Source: a virus. Taken from it: DNA of 16,761 nucleotides. Shown here piece by piece: positions 8,543 to 14,994 of the stretch. The translations under genes and the position numbers were made by a program. The notes under the pieces are model-generated. The model searched no databases. It worked only from the letters and a program-made list of their open reading frames with translations, and was not told the DNA's origin. The stretch lies in the IMG/VR virus record IMGVR_UViG_3300029881_000057, one strand, 5' to 3'. Position 1 is the first letter of the stretch. Each line of letters begins with the position of its first letter.

Positions 8543-9265
8543 TTATGCTAACATCTGGTTTACAAGTTTTTGAATAGCAGAATAGTCATAACCTGCGGTG
8601 GTAAGTTTCTGCTTTCTTGTATCACCATTTCCCCACTTACCTGCAATTACTTCTCTTGCAATTTCTCCGTTAGATTTTAACTCTTTTCCAGACAAAATAG
8701 CGTTTACTTTTGCCTGTACAGTGTTGTAATCATAACCTGCTTCTGTAAGAAGCTTTTTGCGGGTATCTCCGTTACCCCATTTACCTGCAATTACTTCCCT
8801 TGCAACTGTATCAACTGATACGTCTGGTGTAACTTCTGTGTTCTGTCCTGCGTATCTAAGATGTACATCCCATCCACCGGAATACTCGTAATAATCTCTG
8901 ATACAGATTTCCTTTCCAGTCTGGTCACCAGTTTTACCACCAGTTACCCTTCCTTTTTCATTGATTGAAGCGTGAGCAATCTGCGTATTGTTGATACTCA
9001 TAACAACATGATGCTGTGTTTTAAGATGTACGTCTCCTGGCAACCACGGTGCTTTACAATCAACAAAACCTGCTTTACGCAACTGTGCTTCCAGATTACC
9101 AGTCCATGAGTACGGTGATACATTAAAACCTGCTTTATTGAGTGCAGTTCCAACAAGAGAAGAACAGTCATAATCTTGTCCATTTCTGTGCGTCTGGTCA
9201 TAACCATGTGTGTTATCGTTTGCGGTATCAATCATGAACTGAACCGCTTTCATAATGTTAGGCAT
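8543..9265 (-). CDS. Endolysin: papain-fold (Amidase_5 / NlpC-P60-like) catalytic domain plus two CW_7 cell-wall-binding repeats
   Basis: The N-terminus has DYDCSSLVG...TQHHVVM (Cys/His). The C-terminus has two 48-aa-period repeats, REVIAGKWGNGDTRK.LLT.AGYDY..VQ..VN, matching the Cpl-7-type CW_7 motif (GxWGNGxxRxxxLxxAGYDxxxVQxxVN). The gene lies directly downstream of the holin. RBS AAGGAGGA. Confidence 0.85.
   Translation of the reverse strand: MPNIMKAVQFMIDTANDNTHGYDQTHRNGQDYDCSSLVGTALNKAGFNVSPYSWTGNLEAQLRKAGFVDCKAPWLPGDVHLKTQHHVVMSINNTQIAHASINEKGRVTGGKTGDQTGKEICIRDYYEYSGGWDVHLRYAGQNTEVTPDVSVDTVAREVIAGKWGNGDTRKKLLTEAGYDYNTVQAKVNAILSGKELKSNGEIAREVIAGKWGNGDTRKQKLTTAGYDYSAIQKLVNQMLA
8549..8806 (-). 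repeat. Two CW_7 repeat units within the endolysin gene
   Basis: Repeat 1 spans aa 154-191 (nt 8693-8806) and repeat 2 spans aa 202-239 (nt 8549-8662). The similarity is also visible at the DNA level (ccccatttacctgcaattacttc in both). Confidence 0.85.
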
Positions 9266-9268
9266 AAT

Positions 9269-9628
9269 TTAGTCCTCCTTTTTAATATCGGAAATGTGAA
9301 ATAGTTCCATAAGTTTTTTCGGCAGAATGTCGGGGTTAATCTTGCAAATGTTTTCAAGTATAGATACCAATTCAGTTGTACACACATATAGAATAATGAT
9401 AGGAAGAATTGATATTCTAAGCTGAAAACCTATTCTAGTACCCTGTGTGTCAACTAACCAAGCTACAAAGTAACATAATACGAATCCTACCTTTTTGAAA
9501 AGACCGTCACGCAATTTTGCTGATTGAATGTCTTTGTTTTTAACCGCTGTTATGATACCACTAATTAGGTCTAAAGCATTGAAAACCAGTGCAATAATTA
9601 TGGGGTAAAACTGTTCCATTCTTTTCAC
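9269..9628 (-). CDS. Holin (three-TM, TcdE / phage_holin_4-like)
   Basis: 119 aa with three hydrophobic segments. The FNALDLISGIITAVKNK..QSAKLRDGLFKKVGF motif is typical of the toxin-secretion / phage-lysis holin family. It is the first gene after the promoter and lies immediately upstream of the endolysin. Confidence 0.85.
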   Translation of the reverse strand: MKRMEQFYPIIIALVFNALDLISGIITAVKNKDIQSAKLRDGLFKKVGFVLCYFVAWLVDTQGTRIGFQLRISILPIIILYVCTTELVSILENICKINPDILPKKLMELFHISDIKKED

Positions 9629-9652
9629 TCCTTTCCTTGTTCATTTATATTT

Positions 9653-9681
9653 ATTATATCATATTACTAGACAAATTGCAA
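9653..9681 (-). promoter_or_regulatory. Sigma-A-type promoter for the holin-lysin-structural operon
   Basis: The minus strand reads TTGCAA (9681-9676), a 17-nt spacer, then TGATATAAT (extended -10, TATAAT at 9658-9653), about 25 nt upstream of the holin RBS. Confidence 0.65.
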
Positions 9682-9696
9682 TAGGTATGTTATAAT
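9668..9696 (+). promoter_or_regulatory. Sigma-A-type promoter for the packaging ATPase gene
   Basis: TAGACA (9668-9673), a 17-nt spacer, then TGTTATAAT (TATAAT at 9691-9696), followed by RBS AGGAAAGGAAGTG and the ATG at 9723. Its -35 element lies inside the spacer of the divergent minus-strand promoter, and the reverse is also true. Confidence 0.65.
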
Positions 9697-9722
9697 ATAA
9701 TAGGAAAGGAAGTGATTATAAC

Positions 9723-10757
9723 ATGGGTAAGTATTATGACGGTACTAAACTATTGTCTATGCTTGACATAAATGGATACAAACCAGAAATATATATGTGT
9801 ACAACTAATCGTACTGGTGGTAAAACTACTTACTTTGGTAGATTATGTATAAACAGGTTCTTAGATAAGGGCGAAAAATTTGGTCTTATTTATAGATATA
9901 ATTATGAACTTGATGATGTTGTAGATAAGTTCTATAAAGACTTAGGTAGTTTGTTCTTTAGTGGTCATGAAATGACTAGCAAACGTAGGGCAAGTGGTAT
10001 ATTCCATGAATTGTTTTTAGATGATAAAAGCTGTGGATATGCTTTAAGCCTTAATAGTGCAGACCAGATTAAAAAATATAGTCACTTATTTTCAGATATT
10101 ATGCGTATGATATTTGATGAATTTCAGAGTGAAACTAATCACTATTGTAATGATGAAGTTAAGAAGTTACTTAGTGTTCACACTTCTATTGCTAGAGGAC
10201 AAGGTGAACAGGTTAGATATGTTCCAGTTTATATGCTTAGCAATCCAGTAAGTATTATAAACCCGTACTACGTTGAAATGGGAATAAGTGCTAGGCTTAA
10301 AGATGATACCAAGTTCCTACGTGGAGACGGTTTTGTGCTTGAACAAGGTTTTATATCTAGTGCAAGTGAGGAGCAGAAAAGTAGTGGATTTAATAGAGCT
10401 TTTGCAAAGAACGCTTATGTTGCTTATAGTAGTGAGTGTGTTTATCTTAATGATAACAAAAGTTTTGTTGATAAGCCAACTGGTAAAAACCGATATATTT
10501 GTACACTAAAATACAAAGGTACTGATTTTGGTTTGAGAGAATTTACAGAGGACGGTTTTATCTATTGTGATGATAAACCAGATGTTACATTTAAGACTAA
10601 AATAACAGTAACAACAGCAGACCATGAAGTGAACTATGTTATGTTAAAAAGAAATGACTTCTTTTTGTCAAACCTTAGATATTTATTTGAACGTGGTGCG
10701 TTCAGATTTAAGGATATGAGGTGTAAAGAAGCGGTACTTAGTGCATTGAGTTACTAA
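9723..10757 (+). CDS. DNA encapsidation (packaging) ATPase, phi29 gp16-like
   Basis: Walker A TNRTGGKTT, Walker B MIFDEFQSE, and MLSNPVSIINPYY parallel remembered phi29 gp16 (GARGIGKS, IVFDEFIRE, CLSNAVSVVNPYF). 344 aa. It is the only convincing plus-strand gene. Confidence 0.9.
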   Translation: MGKYYDGTKLLSMLDINGYKPEIYMCTTNRTGGKTTYFGRLCINRFLDKGEKFGLIYRYNYELDDVVDKFYKDLGSLFFSGHEMTSKRRASGIFHELFLDDKSCGYALSLNSADQIKKYSHLFSDIMRMIFDEFQSETNHYCNDEVKKLLSVHTSIARGQGEQVRYVPVYMLSNPVSIINPYYVEMGISARLKDDTKFLRGDGFVLEQGFISSASEEQKSSGFNRAFAKNAYVAYSSECVYLNDNKSFVDKPTGKNRYICTLKYKGTDFGLREFTEDGFIYCDDKPDVTFKTKITVTTADHEVNYVMLKRNDFFLSNLRYLFERGAFRFKDMRCKEAVLSALSY

Positions 10758-10758
10758 G

Positions 10759-10791
10759 TTATCCACATTAAATTGTGGAAAGTGTTGATAA
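10759..10791. promoter_or_regulatory. Cluster of three DnaA-box-like 9-mers (also foldable as an RNA hairpin)
   Basis: TTATCCACA (10759-10767, + strand, perfect consensus). TGTGGAAAG (10774-10782) is CTTTCCACA on the minus strand, with 2 mismatches. TGTTGATAA (10783-10791) is TTATCAACA on the minus strand, with 1 mismatch. The cluster starts 2 nt after the ATPase stop codon. Confidence 0.4.
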
Positions 10792-10805
10792 CTTTTAGGT
10801 ATCTT

Positions 10806-10903
10806 CTCATGTGTCCACCAATGAACGGGTAGGATAGCACACTTGAAACGATAGTGCCTACACCGCTTGTCGTTTTCGCTGAACGCTTTGTTTGGTACAT
10901 GAG
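10806..10903 (+). ncRNA. Structured RNA candidate in the ATPase 3' region (possible prohead-RNA analogue or 3'UTR-derived sRNA)
   Basis: There is no ORF on either strand. Long-range closing helix: CTCATGT (10806-12) pairs with ACATGAG (10897-903), and ACCAA (10817-21) pairs with TTGGT (10892-96), separated by a 4-nt GUCC bulge. An inner imperfect hairpin spans ~10828-10864 and its 13-nt loop carries CUUGAAAC. The element is bounded upstream by the 10759-10791 hairpin and downstream by the terminator. Confidence 0.4.
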
Positions 10904-10922
10904 TTAAAGATATAAATAGAAC

Positions 10923-10960
10923 AGCAGGGATACGAACTTAGTTCGCCCCTGCTTTTCTTA
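10923..10960. terminator. Bidirectional rho-independent terminator between the convergent ATPase (+) and polymerase-dUTPase (-) units
   Basis: AGCAGGG (10923-29) pairs with CCCTGCT (10947-53), with an inner CGAAC/GTTCG stem. It is followed by TTTTCTTATT on the plus strand and by GTTCTATTTAT on the minus strand. Confidence 0.75.
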
Positions 10961-10969
10961 TTGTGTTAA

Positions 10970-11407
10970 TTATTTTTCACCAGTTGAACCAAAACCACCA
11001 CGATTTACTTCTGATAATTTTGTTACTTCAACAATGCCAACAGGAGGTTGATGTTCAATAATTCTAAACTGGCATATTCTTGTGTTCTTAGGTATGCTTA
11101 TATTCCTAGTAGCGTATGCTGGAAAATGCCATTCATCGTTGTTACCGCAATATGTTTCATCAATAAGACCAACACTATTTGCTTGAATTATACCATATTT
11201 CTTAAATGTTGAACTTCTAGGTATAACTAATGCTTCATAGCCTTTAGGTAACATCATAGCAACTCCAAGTGGAATTAGTTTGAACTCTCCTACTTCAAGT
11301 GTAACATCTTCTGCTATACGCAAGTCAATCCAATCTCCATCACTAAGAATTTCAATCTTATCCATACCATCTTTTACATATTTAATGTTAATAGTTTTAA
11401 CTTCCAT
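10970..11407 (-). CDS. dut: dUTP diphosphatase (trimeric dUTPase)
   Basis: Canonical motifs are present: VIPRSS (motif 2), GLIDETYCGNNDEW (motif 3) and C-terminal RGGFGSTG (motif 5). 145 aa. The gene starts 3 nt after the polymerase stop. Confidence 0.9.
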   Translation of the reverse strand: MEVKTINIKYVKDGMDKIEILSDGDWIDLRIAEDVTLEVGEFKLIPLGVAMMLPKGYEALVIPRSSTFKKYGIIQANSVGLIDETYCGNNDEWHFPAYATRNISIPKNTRICQFRIIEHQPPVGIVEVTKLSEVNRGGFGSTGEK

Positions 11408-11410
11408 AAT

Positions 11411-13426
11411 TTACCTCATTTCATACGGTGTGTCGATAAGTAGGATACCGCCACGTATTCTCTTTGGTCTTAATTTTCCTGGTACTTTTAGTCCTACTCT
11501 AAAATCACTAAGATTTCTCTTTATTGGTTTACCAGTTTCCTTTTCAAATAAGAACTCTTTTTCATCTTCTGTCCATTCCTTAAACACATTTGTTGTTTTA
11601 TCTGTGTACCCTTTAATGTCAGCGTTTCCATCAAGTGACTTTTGAAATAAGTCTTTACATCTTTGTGGCATACCTGCACACTTAATGTTATTGTATGGGT
11701 TGTCTATTGGTTCACAATCTTCCTTAACAACGTGTTCAATATAAGTCTTTTGTCTTGTGAAAACTGCTATATCCCAACAGCTTTCAAGTTTCCAACAACA
11801 GAAGTCTTTATCATGTACCTTAATACCAACAATCTCATTAGGTTCAAGGTCGCAATGTATGCTGTCTGTATCTGCATATATAAAACCTCTTTTGTCTTTA
11901 CCATGGTAGTTCTTCTGAGCGGCTCTAATAGTAAAGTTTCTTGCGTAACTCGTGATAGCTGAACCAACTGGTATATAACCCGGCTTTTTGTCTGCTTGTG
12001 CAACAGGTAGAAAGCCTATGGTTTTATCCTCTTTGACGTAAGCAAGTTTGAAACTACTATCCATACTACTTGCCATTTTACCGTACAAATTGTTGAGGAA
12101 CAACTTTGCCAACTCACGCAACGCACCTTTGCTTTCCAATTTGATTTTCTTATACTTATCAATGTACTCGTCAAAGATACCTATTTCACTATAAAACCAA
12201 CAACCGTCTAATATCTCAAAGTCAACAAGTTCATAGTGTTCTTTCAATAACTCATAGTCAGTCATTGTTAAAACTAACTCTACTCTAGTGTCGTGAATGT
12301 TACCGTCTTTATCAGTATAATGTGTATAATATTCTCCTGTCCTTTTGTCGTACACATCAGACGTTTCAAGTGCTTCTGTACCTTTGTACAGTAATGACGA
12401 TTTTATTTGTATAAATGGTAATTTATCTGGTTTAATGTAGAACCTTGTCTTTACTCTAACAAAGTAATACTTATCTTCATCAAGTGCGACGTCTGGAATA
12501 AAATTTCCTTTCCAAAATCGTGGTACACCAATGGGATACCTATTTCCACTTTCACTACTCATCATACTAGGGTACAAAGAATTAACATCTGCTGTCGTTC
12601 CGTTTGTAAATATATTGTTCTCTTTACCCTTTACTAGATAGCACCAACCCCCCCTATATGATTTACGGATATACTCTCCTGCGTTTGGGTATCTGTGTGC
12701 TTTCTCGTCAATCGTCATAGCGTACACATCTGGAAACATTTCGTTGTAATCAAGAGCGTTCTTTGTTGAGGACTTACAAATTGACTTGTATTCTTCCAAA
12801 CAACATGAACCTATTGTCAATTTGTTATGCCCTTGTTGGAACATTATTTCTAACGCTTCTTTGACTACAAGAACATCATTAGCTATGTACTTTCTTTCTT
12901 CGTCTGTTATAGTACAACCTGCATACCTAAAACCAGTGTACTCCATATCAAGTTTCTTGTGCTTTGTACCAAAACTTTCTCCGATACGTTTTACACTGAA
13001 TGGTAGTAGTTTTAACGAATCTCTTATCTCAATAAAGTGATTGTTTACCTTTATGATAATGCTGTACCACATACCTTTATCAGATATGCTATACTTGAAT
13101 GATTTATTTTCCATGTATTTTTCTGGTAACCATTCTACATCATTTTCGTTTTCTCCTACCTTTTTATATGCTTGCTTAAAACCCTTATCAACTAACAAAT
13201 ACGATAACCAAAATGCACCATCAAATTTCAAATTATGATAGTACGCTACTATGTTGCATTTTTGTGCTAGAAAATAATCGAATTGTTCTCCAATGCTATG
13301 AAATATGTTTACATCTTCTGTGAACAATTCAACGGACGCACTAGCCCATACTTCTGTGTTTACCTGTCCTTTGTAAACGGTTGTCTCAAAGTCACACATG
13401 AAGTAACGATACTTTTTTACTCTCAT
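11411..13426 (-). CDS. Protein-primed family-B DNA polymerase (phi29 gp2-like)
   Basis: ExoI FMCDFETT, ExoII YYHNLKFDGAFWL, ExoIII YIANDVLVV, motif A DVNSLYPSMM, motif B KLFLNNLYGKMAS, motif C YADTDSIH, and KTYIE. Each is nearly identical to remembered phi29 polymerase motifs. 671 aa. Confidence 0.95.
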   Translation of the reverse strand: MRVKKYRYFMCDFETTVYKGQVNTEVWASASVELFTEDVNIFHSIGEQFDYFLAQKCNIVAYYHNLKFDGAFWLSYLLVDKGFKQAYKKVGENENDVEWLPEKYMENKSFKYSISDKGMWYSIIIKVNNHFIEIRDSLKLLPFSVKRIGESFGTKHKKLDMEYTGFRYAGCTITDEERKYIANDVLVVKEALEIMFQQGHNKLTIGSCCLEEYKSICKSSTKNALDYNEMFPDVYAMTIDEKAHRYPNAGEYIRKSYRGGWCYLVKGKENNIFTNGTTADVNSLYPSMMSSESGNRYPIGVPRFWKGNFIPDVALDEDKYYFVRVKTRFYIKPDKLPFIQIKSSLLYKGTEALETSDVYDKRTGEYYTHYTDKDGNIHDTRVELVLTMTDYELLKEHYELVDFEILDGCWFYSEIGIFDEYIDKYKKIKLESKGALRELAKLFLNNLYGKMASSMDSSFKLAYVKEDKTIGFLPVAQADKKPGYIPVGSAITSYARNFTIRAAQKNYHGKDKRGFIYADTDSIHCDLEPNEIVGIKVHDKDFCCWKLESCWDIAVFTRQKTYIEHVVKEDCEPIDNPYNNIKCAGMPQRCKDLFQKSLDGNADIKGYTDKTTNVFKEWTEDEKEFLFEKETGKPIKRNLSDFRVGLKVPGKLRPKRIRGGILLIDTPYEMR

Positions 13427-14115
13427 AGTGGACTACTAAAATCTTCTTCCTGTTCCATTGCGTCCATCATTTCAGCCTTAAACAGTGGTCCTGCTTCTGG
13501 TAAATAGTTTAACATTTCAGACATATACTGTGTTAGCTTATCTTGTGAATAAACTATCTGATATGTTACAATCAAACCTGCTTCTGCACCGTCGTTTAAC
13601 ATTGTTGCTACATCATGTGCGTCATTTGTTGCTAATATTCTGTCCAACCATGAAAGTAATAAATTACTAGCGTGTTCATTAAACTGTCTCACATGAGCCT
13701 TAAAACCACTGATAACAACAGCATCAAAAAATGATACATCTTCTGATATGTTCTCTGGTGGAACAAAACCAGGTGTATTAGTTGGTTCTTGTACTGGCTC
13801 TGCTAGTCTGTATTTTCTAGTTTCTACCGCTTTCTTTGCTCTCAAAGAGCGTTCCAACTTTACACCCTCTGTTGCGGGTACTATTTCTCCTTCTGTTGCT
13901 AAACCACCATATAGCGCTTTCTGGTACAACTTCTCAGGTGTTAATTTTGCAAGTTTTCGCACACTTGCTTGTGTTACACGTTTAGGTCTTTGTGGTAACA
14001 CATCTTCACCAAATTGATACCCACGTTTTTCTGCTCTTCTTATAAACTGTTTAATACGCTTGACTTGTTTAGAGTAAGCACGTTCCGTAGGTGTTTGTTT
14101 TCGTCTTTTTGCCAT
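13423..14115 (-). CDS. Terminal protein (putative, phi29 gp3-like)
   Basis: It lies immediately upstream of the polymerase and is translationally coupled to it (ATGA overlap at 13423-13426). The N-terminus is basic (AKRRKQTPTERAYSKQVKRIKQFIRRAEKRGYQF), resembling the phi29 TP N-terminus (AEYARLVKNTKAKIARTKKKYGVDL). The C-terminus is acidic. I prefer the ATG at 14115 (RBS AGGGGTGA) over the GTG at 14124. Confidence 0.6.
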   Translation of the reverse strand: MAKRRKQTPTERAYSKQVKRIKQFIRRAEKRGYQFGEDVLPQRPKRVTQASVRKLAKLTPEKLYQKALYGGLATEGEIVPATEGVKLERSLRAKKAVETRKYRLAEPVQEPTNTPGFVPPENISEDVSFFDAVVISGFKAHVRQFNEHASNLLLSWLDRILATNDAHDVATMLNDGAEAGLIVTYQIVYSQDKLTQYMSEMLNYLPEAGPLFKAEMMDAMEQEEDFSSPL

Positions 14116-14140
14116 AGCGTTCACCCCTATAAATTAAATA

Positions 14141-14178
14141 AGAGAGACACTCTAGTATGGTACTAAGAGTGCCTCTCC
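14141..14178 (-). terminator. Intra-operon attenuator / terminator hairpin between the SSB-like and terminal protein genes
   Basis: On the minus strand, GAGAGGCACUCU pairs with AGAGUGUCUCUC (12 bp including one G-U that would be an A-C mismatch on the plus strand), with an 11-nt loop, followed by UUAUUUAAUUUAU. Confidence 0.55.
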
Positions 14179-14203
14179 ATTTATTAACTGTTACACTCTG
14201 AAC

Positions 14204-14560
14204 TTATGCAAGACGTTCAACGTCCAGTACGCAGTTAATGTAATCACGGTTTGACTTTGTTTTACCAGAAGTCTTGATGACTGTGAACGGTTTACCTTTC
14301 ATAATGATTGAAATATCATTAATACTTCTCTTGAACGTAGCCGACTGGCAACTGTATACCAGCTTTTCCGGTGTAATGATTGACATCACTTCAACAACCT
14401 CGCCACTGTCCTCTTTGACGTCCTCAAACATCAGAACACCGTCAACTGTAATGTGTTCTCCGTCCTCAACGTCTTTCATTGAAACGATTGATGGTGCGAT
14501 TGTCATAAGGTACAGCTCTACTTCGTTGAATTCTCTGCTCATTTCTTTAATGTTAATCAT
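14204..14560 (-). CDS. Single-stranded DNA-binding protein (phi29 p5-like, putative)
   Basis: 118 aa, in the phi29 gene 5 position (between the p6-like gene and the terminal protein). VVEVMSIITPEKLVYSCQSATFKRSINDISIIM...FTVIKTSGKTKSNRDYINCVL resembles remembered phi29 p5 ([32 protein letters not shown]...FKVKVVQGTSSKGNVFFSLQL). RBS AAAAGGAGAA. Confidence 0.5.
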   Translation of the reverse strand: MINIKEMSREFNEVELYLMTIAPSIVSMKDVEDGEHITVDGVLMFEDVKEDSGEVVEVMSIITPEKLVYSCQSATFKRSINDISIIMKGKPFTVIKTSGKTKSNRDYINCVLDVERLA

Positions 14561-14626
14561 GGTATTGTTCTCCTTTTAATTAAATATTTTGTTGTGTTTG
14601 CTGTTTAGGTTTTACCTGCTTCTGTG

Positions 14627-14935
14627 TTATTCGTTGCCTGCTTCTTCGTCACTGTTTGCACCATTTCTAGGCGGAAGCACTTTTGCATACTGGATAAAAT
14701 CCTGCTCTGTCATTCCGTACAAAGTTTCAATTTCTTCTTTGTCTACAATGTGTACCGCTTTGAGTGTCTCAGTTTCAAGCAACGGACGAACTTTCTTCAT
14801 CAGTGCTTCATCGTCCTTGTATGTACGTGGTACTGTAACAACCTTGTTACAAGGTTCGCCTGCCTGTACGTCCAGACACATTACGTTTGCTTTTGTTGCT
14901 ACTATTGTTCTTGTTACCATAGGTACTCTTGCCAT
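14627..14935 (-). CDS. p6-like double-stranded DNA-binding (histone-like) protein, copy 2
   Basis: 102 aa with an acidic tail. MARVPMVTRTIVATKANVMCLDVQAGE... and LKAVHIVDKEEIETLYGMTEQDFIQYAKV resemble remembered phi29 p6 (MAKMMQREITKTTVNVAKMVMVDGEV...; VQVVSVEPNTEVYELPVEKFLEVATV). I moved the start to the ATG at 14935 (RBS AAAGGAGAA). The track extension to 14983 runs through a leader hairpin. Confidence 0.55.
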   Translation of the reverse strand: MARVPMVTRTIVATKANVMCLDVQAGEPCNKVVTVPRTYKDDEALMKKVRPLLETETLKAVHIVDKEEIETLYGMTEQDFIQYAKVLPPRNGANSDEEAGNE

Positions 14936-14976
14936 AATTTTGTTCTCCTTTCTGGCTTTGGTTTGTTTATAGTTTA

Positions 14977-14992
14977 GGTACATTATTGTACC
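14977..14992 (-). other. Leader stem-loop A (GGUACA-AUAA-UGUACC)
   Basis: A 6-bp stem with a 4-nt AUAA loop. It lies 2 nt downstream of tRNA-like element A and 42 nt upstream of the copy-2 p6-like start codon. Confidence 0.6.
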
Positions 14993-14994
14993 AG

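Noticed and set aside
1662-9231. Track ORFs embedded in or antisense to the late genes: 1662..1850+, 2918..3292+, 3589..3792-, 3606..3992+, 4070..4279+, 4777..4995-, 5072..5347+, 5492..5743-, 5747..5968-, 6118..6459+, 6993..7199+, 7138..7332+, 7804..8097+, 8998..9231-
   Set aside because: All lie within longer ORFs that have clear phi29-family or lysin motifs. They have no Shine-Dalgarno sequence, and their translations are low-complexity (L/S/F/C/I-rich), as expected for out-of-frame or antisense reads of AT-rich coding DNA.
10803-10816. A shared UCAUGUGU string with the remembered phi29 pRNA 5' region, as evidence of pRNA homology
   Set aside because: An 8-nt match is not significant and the rest of the sequence does not align by eye. 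The pRNA proposal rests only on context and structure.
14936-14983. N-terminal extensions given by the ORF track (14983, 7358, 16538, 14124 GTG, 3021 GTG)
   Set aside because: In each case an internal ATG has a consensus RBS at 5-8 nt. The upstream extension lacks one and runs through a leader hairpin, a promoter -10 region or the preceding gene's end.
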